Below, piece by piece: positions 16,504 to 25,809 of a DNA stretch of 64,000 bases. Both the position numbers and the translations under genes were made by a program. The notes under the pieces are model-generated. The model saw only the letters and a list, made by a program, of their open reading frames with translations, had not been told where the DNA came from and ran no database searches. Each line of letters opens with the position of its first letter. Within the stretch, counting starts at the first letter, position 1. The stretch comes from Vicinamibacteria bacterium. Lineage in GTDB: Bacteria > Acidobacteriota > Vicinamibacteria > Fen-336 > JAGNNV01. The stretch lies in the NCBI GenBank assembly GCA_044229175.1, contig JBGATM010000009.1:71700-135699 (forward strand), given 5' to 3'.

Positions 16504-18755
16504 GCTTCGACCCCCGGGAAATGGGCGGCGAAGCGGTCGCTCAGCCGGCCGGTGAGGCGATCGCGACGCCGCAGACGTGCGGCATCGCGCAGCATGCGTC
16601 CTCCCCAGCGATAGATGTTGAACTCGGCGACGAAGGCCCGCATGGAACGCAGGCGGGTTCTTTGCTCCTCGAGCGGCATGGTGAGAGCGGCGCCCAACGC
16701 CCCCGCCGATTCGTCGAGATCGTAGGGATTCACGATCAGGGCTTCGGTCAACTCCCGGGCCGCGCCCGTGAACTGGCTGAGCACGAGGACGCCGCGCTCG
16801 TCGTCGCGCGCGGCCACGAACTCCTTGGCCACGAGGTTCATGCCGTCGTCGAGGCTGCTGACGTAGCAGACATCGGCGGCCCGGTAGTAGCGGAACACGG
16901 TCGGAGGCTCGTGATGGGACGCCTTGAGGATGATCGGCTGGTAGGACGCGGCGCCGAAGCGGAGGTTGATCCTCCCGGCGATGGCTTCGACGCTCGCATT
17001 CAGGTCGCGGTAACGGTCGATGGCGGTCCGGCTGGGAGCCGCAAGCTGCACGAAGACGAACTTTCCCAGGAATTCCGGGCGAAGCTCGAGCAGCCGCTCG
17101 ACGGCGAGGAGCCGCTCCTCGATGCCCTTGGTGTAGTCGAGCCGATCGACGCCTACGCCGAGCAGCGTGCTCTCGGGAAGCTGGAGCTCGGCCAGGACGC
17201 TGCGCCGGCACTCGGCGGCCGGAGGGAGGTCAGCGAGCCAGCGAACCGGCCACTCGAGGGAAATCGGGTAGGGCCGGATCAAGGTGCTCCGGCCCTGTTG
17301 GACGACCGCCTGTCTCTCGCGATCGATTCGCGACTCGAGATAGCGGTCGACCGAATCCATGAAGTTGTTGCAGTGCGCCTGAGTGTGGAAGCCCAGCATG
17401 CTGGCGCCGAGCATGCCATCGAGCAGCTCCTCCCGCCAGGGGCATATTCCGAAACGTTCGGCGTTCGGCCAGGGGATGTGCCAGAAGCCGATCACGGTGG
17501 CACGCGGCAGTTGCTCGCGGATCAGGCGCGGCGCGAGGGCGAGGTGATAGTCCTGGATCAGGACGATCGGATCCTCGATCTCGGCTTCCGCGCAGACCGC
17601 ATCCGCGAACTTCCGGTTCACCGCCTGATAGTGGTTCCAGTCGGTGGTGCGGAAAAGAGGCCGGGTATGGGCCACGTGGCACAGGGGCCAAAGGCCCTCG
17701 TTGGAGAAGCCGTAGTAATAGCCCTTCTCTTCCTCCTCGGTGAGCCAGACCCGCCGGATCGAATAGATCTTCTCTTCGGGAGGAACCATCACGCGGTCGT
17801 GCTTGTCGACAACGTCTCGATCGGCGGTGCCGCTGCCATGGGCGATCCACACCCCGGAACAGGCGCGCATGACCGGCTCGAGGGCGGTGACCAGGCCGCT
17901 CGCCGGATGCAGCACGCGAATGGAACCGTCGGGGGCGCGGTCGTGGATATAGGGTTCCCGGTTCGAGACCACCACGATCTTCTCGCCGTGGAGATTCCGC
18001 TTGAGGGTGTGCTTGAGCCGCTCGGCCGTCCACGCCCCGCTGTCGCCGTCCGCGTCCCGCTCGGTCATGATGTCGTCCACCAGTTCGCGAACGTCGCGCA
18101 GCAGCGGCCGGAATTCATCGCTCTGCGCCCCGCCCCTGAGAACACGCTGAAGCTGTCGGGTCCAGCCGCGCCAGGACAGCCGCACGGCGACGATGGTCAC
18201 GAGCGAGGCGCACAGGGCGAGCAGGAAGAACGCGATGAGGAGCAGATTTCGGCCCTGGGCCTCGCGCCGCTCGGCGAACCCCATGTCGTGAACCAGAATC
18301 ACGAAGCCGGCGATCCCCGCTTCGTCGACGATGGGAAGGCCGCTCAGGTGAGTGGTCCCTCCGGGAAGCGAAGCGACGTGCATCCACTCCACCGGCGGCG
18401 ACCCCGGGGGAAGTCCAGGAGGAAGCACATAGTCCTTCACCCGGTCGCAGCCGAAACCGGCCGGCGTGGTTCCCGCGGTCGCCACCAGGCGCCCCTCCGG
18501 GGCGCACGCGGAGACTCCGAGGATGCGTTCGTCCCGCACGAGGTTGGCGAGGGAGGTGCGGAGGTCGGCGGGCTTGCCCGACCGGAAGCCCGCGGCCAAG
18601 GCCGGGGCCGCGCCGCTGGCGGCCAGGCGGGCGCGCAGGGTGAGGTCCCGCTCCACCCAGCCCCGCGTGGTCTCCTGCATCACCAGAAAGGCGCCCCAGG
18701 TCAGCAGGCCCAGCCCGGCGACCAGAACGACAAGAAACTTGATGGGCTGCCGCAC
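16500..18755 (-). CDS. otsA: Trehalose-6-phosphate synthase OtsA (GT20) fused to an N-terminal two-TM periplasmic sensor-like domain.
   Basis: The C-terminal ~480 aa is a GT20 domain (WIHDYHL-like [18 protein letters not shown]-like GFWHIPWP). N-terminal TM1 is [22 protein letters not shown] ~150-aa extracytoplasmic segment follows. TM2 is [21 protein letters not shown]. The likely start is GTG 18755 (RQPIKF...); an alternative start is ATG 18848. Confidence 0.8.
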   Translation of the reverse strand: MRQPIKFLVVLVAGLGLLTWGAFLVMQETTRGWVERDLTLRARLAASGAAPALAAGFRSGKPADLRTSLANLVRDERILGVSACAPEGRLVATAGTTPAGFGCDRVKDYVLPPGLPPGSPPVEWMHVASLPGGTTHLSGLPIVDEAGIAGFVILVHDMGFAERREAQGRNLLLIAFFLLALCASLVTIVAVRLSWRGWTRQLQRVLRGGAQSDEFRPLLRDVRELVDDIMTERDADGDSGAWTAERLKHTLKRNLHGEKIVVVSNREPYIHDRAPDGSIRVLHPASGLVTALEPVMRACSGVWIAHGSGTADRDVVDKHDRVMVPPEEKIYSIRRVWLTEEEEKGYYYGFSNEGLWPLCHVAHTRPLFRTTDWNHYQAVNRKFADAVCAEAEIEDPIVLIQDYHLALAPRLIREQLPRATVIGFWHIPWPNAERFGICPWREELLDGMLGASMLGFHTQAHCNNFMDSVDRYLESRIDRERQAVVQQGRSTLIRPYPISLEWPVRWLADLPPAAECRRSVLAELQLPESTLLGVGVDRLDYTKGIEERLLAVERLLELRPEFLGKFVFVQLAAPSRTAIDRYRDLNASVEAIAGRINLRFGAASYQPIILKASHHEPPTVFRYYRAADVCYVSSLDDGMNLVAKEFVAARDDERGVLVLSQFTGAARELTEALIVNPYDLDESAGALGAALTMPLEEQRTRLRSMRAFVAEFNIYRWGGRMLRDAARLRRRDRLTGRLSDRFAAHFPGVEA

Positions 18756-18776
18756 CGTAAAAGGATATTCTATTTT

Positions 18777-18808
18777 CAGTTGGTACTCCAACCGTTTGCC
18801 GCTATCCT
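18777..18808 (+). promoter_or_regulatory. Copy 1 of a conserved motif: palindrome CAGTTGG-tact-CCAACcG followed by TTTGCCGCTATCCT. Putative operator plus promoter.
   Basis: 33/38 identical to the copy at 19671-19706. Lies between the divergent otsA and cytochrome-lipoprotein genes, about 75 bp upstream of ATG 18883. TTGGTA-N17-TATCCT resembles a -35/-10 pair. Confidence 0.5.
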
Positions 18809-18882
18809 CCGCCGACCGGCCCCTCGGGACCTGCGCGGCCCAGCGCACGGAAGAGCTTTCGCAAAGGGCCTAGCATGTTGGG

Positions 18883-19641
18883 ATGGAAAGAAGATTAGCC
18901 GCATCAATGCTCAGAACCTCGAGGCTCGGCTTGGCCATGATCCCGGGAGTTCTGCTTGTCACATCCCTCCTGATCGCCGGCTGCTCATCAAGCCCGGCCC
19001 CCGGACAACCCGTGCCCTCCCCGACCGGGTCACCTGCCGTTGCCGGCCAGACGCTCCCGACGGCAACGGAGTCGGTCGCGCGGACCGAAAGTGAACGGCC
19101 GGTCGCCGCCGCCACTCCCGGGAAGACTTCCCCCCCGAAGGCTGAGACGGTGTCTCCGAACGCGTCACCGCGGGGCTCGGCGCCTCCTGCTCCCGCCCCG
19201 GTCGCCCCACAGCAAGTTCCGGACAAGGAATCGACGCCAGCCCCCCATCCCGAGTCAACCATCGCCCCGCCCGCGAGCTCACCGCCACCCCCCGTCGCTG
19301 CCCATGTGCCCATCGCCGTGGACATCGGCGGCCTCGTCGAGGTCGGCCCCACAAAGCCCGGCCTCGTCCGGATCGGGGCCGACAAGTGCAAGCTCTGCCA
19401 CAAGCTCCAGTTCACCTCCTGGGCCAAGACCGTTCACGCTGCCCGTACTCCGCCGCTGGACTGCGAGTCCTGCCACGGTCCGGGCAGCGAGTACAAGAGC
19501 CTCGCGATCATGAAGGACGTGGGGAAGGCGCGTGCCGCGGGCCTGGTGATTCCCACACGCGCGTTCTGCTCCAAGTGTCACACCAGCGGCTGGAGCGACG
19601 ATTTGCTCAAGCGGACGCATGAGCACAAGACCGTGAACTAG
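18883..19641 (+). CDS. Lipoprotein with a Pro/Ala/Ser-rich linker and a C-terminal triheme c-type cytochrome domain.
   Basis: Lipobox LLIAGCSS. Low-complexity linker of about 120 aa. Three CxxCH motifs: CKLCH, CESCH, CSKCH. Confidence 0.6.
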   Translation: MERRLAASMLRTSRLGLAMIPGVLLVTSLLIAGCSSSPAPGQPVPSPTGSPAVAGQTLPTATESVARTESERPVAAATPGKTSPPKAETVSPNASPRGSAPPAPAPVAPQQVPDKESTPAPHPESTIAPPASSPPPPVAAHVPIAVDIGGLVEVGPTKPGLVRIGADKCKLCHKLQFTSWAKTVHAARTPPLDCESCHGPGSEYKSLAIMKDVGKARAAGLVIPTRAFCSKCHTSGWSDDLLKRTHEHKTVN

Positions 19642-19672
19642 CCGAACGGTCTGAACGCCGGCCCGGCACATT

Positions 19673-19704
19673 CAGTTGGTGCTCCAACTGTTTACCGCTA
19701 TCCT
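19673..19704 (+). promoter_or_regulatory. Copy 2 of the motif: perfect 7-bp inverted repeat CAGTTGG-tgct-CCAACTG followed by TTTACCGCTATCCT, immediately upstream of the GH15 gene ATG (19715).
   Basis: Direct repeat of copy 1. The spacing implies a leaderless or near-leaderless transcript. Confidence 0.5.
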
Positions 19705-19714
19705 TCCCTGGACC

Positions 19715-21481
19715 ATGCACCTCGAGGACCTCGGACTCATCGGGAATTGTCAGTATTCGGCCCTGGTGGATCGTTCCGGGAGCGTGGTCTGGTGTTGCCT
19801 TCCCCGATTCGACTCCGAGCCGGTCTTTTCGTCGCTCCTCGACGCGGAGAAGGGCGGCCGCTTCGAGATCGGGCCCGAGAGCGGCGAGCGCGGCGAACAG
19901 CGGTACATCGAAAACACCAATGTCCTGGAAACCCGGTTCGAGACGAAGGCCGGGTCCTTCCGGATCGTCGACTTCGCGCCGCGCTTCGTCCAGTTCGATC
20001 GCATCTTCAGGCCCACCCAGCTCATTCGCATCGTGGAGCCCCTGGAAGGGACACCGCGCATTCGCGTGTCCTGCGAGCCGCGGCTCGGCTGGTCCAAAGC
20101 CGTGCCGGATCGAGTCTTCGGCTCCAACCACGTCCGCTACGAGGGCTTCGCCTCCCATGTGAGACTGACGAGCGACGTGCCCGTGTCCTATCTCTCCGGG
20201 CAGCCGTTCGCTCTTACCAGCCGCAAGCATCTGGTCCTCACCTGGGGCGCGCCGATAGAGGAGGCGCTTGCCCCTCTCGCCTCCCGCTTCCTGGGAGAGA
20301 CCCTGCGCTACTGGCAGCGATGGGTGATGCAGTGCAACGTGCCGGCCGCGTTCCAGAACGAGGTCATTCGCTCCGCCCTGGTCCTCAAGCTCCATTGCTT
20401 CGAAGACACGGGGGCCATCGTCGCGGCCATGACCACCTCCCTTCCCGAGGCGCCCGGCTCGGGCCGCACCTGGGACTACCGCTACTGCTGGCTGCGCGAC
20501 GCGTATTACAGCCTCGGCGCCTTCCGCCTCCTGGGTCAGTTCGAAGAGCGTGAACACTTCGTGAACTATCTCTTCGACGTGGCGGGCGGAGCGCCGGATC
20601 TCCAGCTCAATCCGCTCTATCGCGTGGACGGCAGTTCGGACCTGAGCGAGAGCGTGCAGGAAGGCTGGGCCGGCTACGAGGGGAACGGCCCGGTGCGGGT
20701 CGGAAACGCGGCGGCCAAGCACACCCAGAACGACATCTTCGGGGAGATGGTCCTGGCCCTGGCGCCCGTCTATCTCGACGAGCGCTTCCAGGCGGAGCGT
20801 TCCCCCCAGGCCCTCGACCTGCTGACCCGTCTCGCGCGCCGGGCCGTGGAAGTCGCGGGCACCCCGGACGCGGGCATCTGGGAATACCGGACGGACTGGA
20901 AGCCGCAGACCTTCTCGAGTCTCATGTGCTGGGCGGGAGCCGATCGGATGGCGAGGGTGGCGCGCATTCACAAGCCGGAGATTGCCGCCGAGTTCGAAAA
21001 AGCGGCGGGCAAGATCCGCGACCAGATCGTCCACGAGGCCTGGAGCGACCGGCTGTACTCCTTCGCGTCGAGCCACGGCGGTCACGATCTCGATGCCTCC
21101 CTGCTCCAGATGGCGACTCTCCGGTTCCTCCCCCCCGGTTCCCCCCACGTGCATCGAACCATCGAGGCGATCCGGAACGGGCTGTCCCGCGACGGGTGGC
21201 TCTTCCGCTACCGGGCCGATGACGGTTTCGGCCAGCCGGAGGTCGCCTTCGTCATCTGCTCCTTCTGGCTGGTGGAGGCCCTCGTCCGCACCGATCAGGT
21301 GGAGGAGGCGCGCGTGGTCATGGGCCGCATCATCGAAGCTCTGTCGCCGCTCGGTCTGCTGGCCGAGGACTACGACACGTCCGGCCGCAGGATGTGGGGC
21401 AACTTCCCCCAGGCCTACTCACACGTCGGCCTCATCCACGCGGCATTCGCGGCCTCGCCCCCGTGGACCGAGGTGCTGTGA
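19715..21481 (+). CDS. Glycoside hydrolase family 15 (glucoamylase/trehalase-like).
   Basis: N-terminal GLIGNCQYSALV...WCCLPRFDS hallmark of GH15 (bacterial trehalases/glucoamylases). Size about 590 aa. The ORF-track TTG start at 19676 lies inside the motif, so ATG 19715 is preferred. Confidence 0.8.
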   Translation: MHLEDLGLIGNCQYSALVDRSGSVVWCCLPRFDSEPVFSSLLDAEKGGRFEIGPESGERGEQRYIENTNVLETRFETKAGSFRIVDFAPRFVQFDRIFRPTQLIRIVEPLEGTPRIRVSCEPRLGWSKAVPDRVFGSNHVRYEGFASHVRLTSDVPVSYLSGQPFALTSRKHLVLTWGAPIEEALAPLASRFLGETLRYWQRWVMQCNVPAAFQNEVIRSALVLKLHCFEDTGAIVAAMTTSLPEAPGSGRTWDYRYCWLRDAYYSLGAFRLLGQFEEREHFVNYLFDVAGGAPDLQLNPLYRVDGSSDLSESVQEGWAGYEGNGPVRVGNAAAKHTQNDIFGEMVLALAPVYLDERFQAERSPQALDLLTRLARRAVEVAGTPDAGIWEYRTDWKPQTFSSLMCWAGADRMARVARIHKPEIAAEFEKAAGKIRDQIVHEAWSDRLYSFASSHGGHDLDASLLQMATLRFLPPGSPHVHRTIEAIRNGLSRDGWLFRYRADDGFGQPEVAFVICSFWLVEALVRTDQVEEARVVMGRIIEALSPLGLLAEDYDTSGRRMWGNFPQAYSHVGLIHAAFAASPPWTEVL

Positions 21482-21499
21482 AGGCCCGGGAAGCGCCGG

Positions 21500-22858
21500 A
21501 TGCTTAGGATCGTTCGCGGCTGGCTCGACCGGGTTCCCGACCTCGTCGCCTCACCGAGAGTCCGGAAATCGACCCTGCAGGTGCTCCCGTTCTGGTTCGC
21601 GGGCGCCATCGCGGGCCTGGTGGCGGTTGGCTACGCCCGGGCGTTCTCGATCCTCGAGGAGAACTTCCGGGCCGTGGCCACCCAATCGTCCTGGGTCTTG
21701 CTCATCGCCTGCCCCCTGGCCTTTTTCGCATCGTGGGCCCTCGTCTTCGTGTTCTCCCCCGAAGCGTCCGGCAGCGGTATCCCGCAACTGATGGCCGCGG
21801 CCGCGCCGAACAGCGGCAAGGCGATGGTGAACCGGCTCCTCAGCACGCGGGCTGCGGTGGTCAAGGTGCTGAGTTCGTGCATCGCCGTGGCCGGCGGCGG
21901 CGCCATCGGCCGTGAAGGCCCGACCCTTCAGATCTCGGGCGCGATCTTCCGGGCCGTCCAGGCCCGGCTGCCGAGCTTCTGGCCCCGCGTTCCCACATCT
22001 TCCATGCTGCTGGCCGGGGGCGCCGCCGGTCTCGCCGCGGCCTTCAACACACCCCTGGGCGGGATCGTCTACGCGATCGAGGAGCTGGCCCGGACCCATA
22101 TCGCCTCCTTTCGATCCGGTGTGCTCCACGCCGTCCTGGTGGCCGGCCTCGTCGCCCAGTTGATCCTGGGCCCCTACCTCTACCTCGGCTTTCCGAAGAT
22201 CGGCGTCTGGTCGAATCACGATCTTCCCTGGTGCGCGCTCCTTGGCGGCGCGGCTGGGCTGGTGGGGGCGTTGTGGGCGCGCGCTCTCTTCTCGGTATTC
22301 CAGTTCCGCGCACGCCTGAGAAGCATCCGGGCGCAGGCGGGCTTCGCCCTGGCCACCGGCCTCGCCTTCGCCACCCTCGTCATGCTGACCGGCCGCGCCA
22401 CCCTCGGTTCGGGCCGCGGGGTCATCGAGGATCTGCTCTTCGTCAGCCAGGCGCCGGCGGGCGCCGGACTGGTGCTTGGACGACTCGCGGGATCTTTCCT
22501 CTCGTTCTCGGCGGGCGGAGCCGGCGGAATCTTCGCGCCGGCCCTCGCCTCCGGCGCGGCCATGGCTTCGGCGCTCGCGCCCGCTTTCGCGCCCATCGAG
22601 CCGCGGCTCCTCATCGTGCTCGGCATGGTCGCGTTCCTGACCGGGGTCACGCGCACGCCTTTCACGTCGTTCGTACTGGTCCTCGAGATGACCGACCGGC
22701 ACTCCGCCCTGTTCCCCATGATGATCGCGGCCATGAGCGCATACGCGGCCAGTCATCTGGTGGATCACGAGTCCTTCTACGAGCGGGTGCGAGGTGTGAT
22801 CGTAGCCGCTGAGCCCGTGCCTCCCTCGGGGGCTGCCGCTCCGGTGAGGGAAGTTTGA
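21500..22858 (+). CDS. ClC-family chloride channel / H+-Cl- antiporter.
   Basis: Selectivity motifs GSGIP and GREGP, GxFxP-like GIFAP, multi-TM. Confidence 0.8.
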   Translation: MLRIVRGWLDRVPDLVASPRVRKSTLQVLPFWFAGAIAGLVAVGYARAFSILEENFRAVATQSSWVLLIACPLAFFASWALVFVFSPEASGSGIPQLMAAAAPNSGKAMVNRLLSTRAAVVKVLSSCIAVAGGGAIGREGPTLQISGAIFRAVQARLPSFWPRVPTSSMLLAGGAAGLAAAFNTPLGGIVYAIEELARTHIASFRSGVLHAVLVAGLVAQLILGPYLYLGFPKIGVWSNHDLPWCALLGGAAGLVGALWARALFSVFQFRARLRSIRAQAGFALATGLAFATLVMLTGRATLGSGRGVIEDLLFVSQAPAGAGLVLGRLAGSFLSFSAGGAGGIFAPALASGAAMASALAPAFAPIEPRLLIVLGMVAFLTGVTRTPFTSFVLVLEMTDRHSALFPMMIAAMSAYAASHLVDHESFYERVRGVIVAAEPVPPSGAAAPVREV

Positions 22859-22889
22859 TGCCCCGGAGTCTTCGTCCGCGTCCATTAGA

Positions 22890-24482
22890 GTGCCACCGGA
22901 CGTGATCAGCCCCGATCTCGCCGCGCCCGCCGAATCGGCGACCCGCTCCGTGGTCGAGTTGCTGTCCGTCGCCTGCCTGGTGGCCCTCTTTTCCAAGCGG
23001 GTGCGCATGCCCTACACCGTGGCCCTCGTGCTCGTGGGCATCGCGGTGGGCTTCTTCGAAGTGCTCCATCGCATCGAGATCTCGAAGGAAATCCTGCTCC
23101 TGGTCTTCCTCCCGCCCCTGCTGTTCGAGGGAACCCTGGCCATGGACCTCAAGAGCCTTCGGGCCCGATGGCTCGAGGTGTTGGTGCTCGCTCTGCCCGT
23201 CACCCTGCTTTCCTTCGCCGCCACCGGCCTGGTCGTGCACGAGATCAACGGGTACTCCTGGGGCGTGGCCCTTCTGGTCGCGGCCATGCTCGCGCCCACC
23301 GACCCCGTGAGCGTGCTCGCGATGTTCCGATCCCTGGGCGTCCCTCGTCCGGTGGCCATGCTGGTGGAGGGGGAGAGCGTCTTCAACGACGGCATCGGCG
23401 TCGTGCTCTTCCTCGTGGTGTTGAAGTATCTCGAGGGCGGCTCCACCGGACCTTCCGGCATGGTCGGCCTCTTTCTCTTCGAAGTGGTCGGAGGTCTGCT
23501 GCTGGGCGGGGTGGCCGCGTACCTGATTCACCGCCTGCTCGCCCAGATCGACGACCACTTGATCGAGGTGGTCATCTCGCTGGCCCTGGCCTACGGCGTC
23601 TATCTGCTGGCGGAGGCGGCCCACGTCTCCGGGGTCATGGCCGTGGTGGCCGCCGGCCTGATCATCGGCAACTTCGCCAAGGTGCACTCCATGTCGGCGC
23701 GCACCAGGCTGGCCCTCACCACTTTCTGGGAGGTGGCCGCCTACATCGCGAACTCCCTGGTCTTCCTGCTCATGGGCATCGCTCTGCAGAGCGCCGATCT
23801 GGTTCCCCTGGCGGGACGCTTCGCCCTGACCTTCGTGGGCATGACCCTCGCCCGGGCGGCCATCATCTGGGTGGCCGGAACGGCCCTGGCCGGGGCGGGA
23901 CGACCGTTTCCTCCCTCCTGGCGCGCCGTCGTCGCCTGGTCGGGACTGCGCGGGTCCATCCCGATCGCCCTGGTGCTGGGCATCGACGAGAGCGGATGGC
24001 AGGGCTCCGGCCACCCCTCTCATCAGGAACTCCTGACCCTCGTGTCCGGGGTGGTGCTCCTCTCGCTGCTGGTCCAGGGGCTCAGCATCGGGCCGCTGCT
24101 GCGGCGGCTGGGAATCCTTTCGCGCCCGCGGGGAGAGCAGGAACTCGAGCGCGTCACCGCCGACCGGATCCGGGCGGCCGCGTCTTCGAGGAGACTCGGG
24201 GAGCTTCACGAGACCGGTCAGGTCCCGCCCGGTATTCAATCGACGCTGGTGAAGGAGATCGAGGCCCGGGAGGCCGAGGCGACGCGCGCGCAGGAATCGC
24301 TGCTTCTTGTGTATCCGGAACGGGCCGATGCTCAAACCGGTGAGATTCGCCGCAGCCTGCTTCTGGCCGAACGAGCCGCCCTCGATCTCGCCCTTCACCA
24401 GGGCCACATCGACGCGCGCGTCGCGGAGGAGGCGACCCGGGATATCGACGACGCCCTGCTGGAGCTGCGCGAAGGGCACTGA
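22890..24482 (+). CDS. Na+/H+ antiporter, CPA1/NhaP type, with a C-terminal cytoplasmic regulatory domain.
   Basis: About 12 TM helices. NhaP-like motifs (ATDPVSVLAMF, FNDGIGVVLF). Start uncertain. Confidence 0.75.
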   Translation: MPPDVISPDLAAPAESATRSVVELLSVACLVALFSKRVRMPYTVALVLVGIAVGFFEVLHRIEISKEILLLVFLPPLLFEGTLAMDLKSLRARWLEVLVLALPVTLLSFAATGLVVHEINGYSWGVALLVAAMLAPTDPVSVLAMFRSLGVPRPVAMLVEGESVFNDGIGVVLFLVVLKYLEGGSTGPSGMVGLFLFEVVGGLLLGGVAAYLIHRLLAQIDDHLIEVVISLALAYGVYLLAEAAHVSGVMAVVAAGLIIGNFAKVHSMSARTRLALTTFWEVAAYIANSLVFLLMGIALQSADLVPLAGRFALTFVGMTLARAAIIWVAGTALAGAGRPFPPSWRAVVAWSGLRGSIPIALVLGIDESGWQGSGHPSHQELLTLVSGVVLLSLLVQGLSIGPLLRRLGILSRPRGEQELERVTADRIRAAASSRRLGELHETGQVPPGIQSTLVKEIEAREAEATRAQESLLLVYPERADAQTGEIRRSLLLAERAALDLALHQGHIDARVAEEATRDIDDALLELREGH

Positions 24483-24528
24483 CTCGAAACCCGCGTGACT
24501 CAGGGCGCGTTCTGTGCGCCCGCGGGCG

Positions 24529-25776
24529 TCAGACGGGCTCCACCGAGGGAGGCAGGGGTTCGGACAGGGGCGGGGCTTCGGGCGAATCAAACTCCAGGGG
24601 CGGGGATTTCAGAATGAGGGCCGGAAGCAGGGTCGTGCCAAGCGCGTACACCACCAGGCCGCCGAATAGCGTGGGGCTGATCTCGAATCGCTCCCGCAGG
24701 ATCCCGGCGATGACGAGGGTGAAGACCAGGGTTGGGAGAAGAGGAATGGCGGTTCGCAGCGCGTCTGCTTGCGCGGCGGCCAGCCGAAACCGGTGATGGA
24801 CCACGAGACTCCCGAGCCGCATGGGAACGCCGATGGCCAGAAAGACGAGACCCAGGCCGAGAGCCGGCCAGCTGAAATCGTCGGGTCTCAGTTCGGCGCC
24901 GGCATGGAAGAAGTAGAAGGGCACCGAGATCGATGCGAACGCCTCGACCGCGTGAAGCATCTGTTCCGAGGCCAGGGCAGGGAGCTTGCGGCGGAAGCGC
25001 TGGGCGGCAACTCCTACCAGAAAGGCGCCCACCAGGTAGTAGACACCCAGCTCCCGGGTGGCGAGGGCGCACAGCACGGCGACCATGAGCAGGAAGGCGA
25101 ATTCGGTCTTCGGCGCGTGCGGGACGATGAATCGCGCGAACGCTCGAAAGACGAGGGGGAGCGCCACCACCAGGGCCAGCAGGGCCAGCGCGGACAGGGT
25201 CAGGGTCTTGACGCTGCCGGACTTCAAGACCACGAAGAGCACGGTGAGAGCCATGATCTCCGTGCCGATGGCCTTGGCTCGAACCCAGAACGCCTCGCCC
25301 GGGGCCAGGCGCAGGGCGGGCAGGGAGTCGAGGATGAAGCCCGTGGACGGAGTCAGGAGGGCGAGGGCCACGAGCGCCGCGGGACGCCACTCGAGTTCGA
25401 CTGCGTTCATCAGGACCCAGGTCGAGGCCCCGAGCGCGGCCAGGCGCAACGCCAGGTGTTCGCCCAGGACCCGGGCCTCTCCCCGGAGTTCCGATCCGTT
25501 CACCTCGAGGCCGGCGAAGAGAAAGAGGGCGCTGATCCCGAGTGTCGCGAACAGGGCGATGGTCGGATCGTGATGAAAGAGGCCGAGCCCCGGTCCCGCG
25601 ATCGCCCCGAAGCAGAAGGCGGTCACGGCCGACGGAATCCGGTACCGTTGAAGCGCCTTGGGAACGATCAGGAGCGCGAACAGCAGGACCAGATAGCTCG
25701 CTTCGACCGAAAGCGTGAGGTCTGAAGGGAAGAGACCGTCGAGAAGAAGCGCGCCAGGAGCCACCCCACTGACCAT
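24529..25776 (-). CDS. Cation:proton antiporter, CPA2-like membrane protein.
   Basis: Polytopic membrane protein with a CPA2/NapA-like glycine-rich helix pattern. Confidence 0.65.
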   Translation of the reverse strand: MVSGVAPGALLLDGLFPSDLTLSVEASYLVLLFALLIVPKALQRYRIPSAVTAFCFGAIAGPGLGLFHHDPTIALFATLGISALFLFAGLEVNGSELRGEARVLGEHLALRLAALGASTWVLMNAVELEWRPAALVALALLTPSTGFILDSLPALRLAPGEAFWVRAKAIGTEIMALTVLFVVLKSGSVKTLTLSALALLALVVALPLVFRAFARFIVPHAPKTEFAFLLMVAVLCALATRELGVYYLVGAFLVGVAAQRFRRKLPALASEQMLHAVEAFASISVPFYFFHAGAELRPDDFSWPALGLGLVFLAIGVPMRLGSLVVHHRFRLAAAQADALRTAIPLLPTLVFTLVIAGILRERFEISPTLFGGLVVYALGTTLLPALILKSPPLEFDSPEAPPLSEPLPPSVEPV

Positions 25777-25809
25777 ACCATCGGCTGAGAAGCCGAGCGG
25801 TTCAGTCTC

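Noticed and set aside
18777-18808. Sigma-54 (-24/-12) interpretation of the TTGGTAC...TTTGC motif
   Set aside because: The GG-to-GC spacing is 3-4 nt too long for the TGGCAC-N5-TTGC consensus. A palindromic operator plus a sigma-70-like -35/-10 fits better.
16326-19094. 922-aa + strand ORF
   Set aside because: Antisense to otsA. No domains.
19607-23008. 515-aa, 485-aa and 642-aa - strand ORFs (19607-21154, 21551-23008, 22662-24590)
   Set aside because: Antisense shadows of the GH15, ClC and NhaP genes. Highly charged low-complexity translations.
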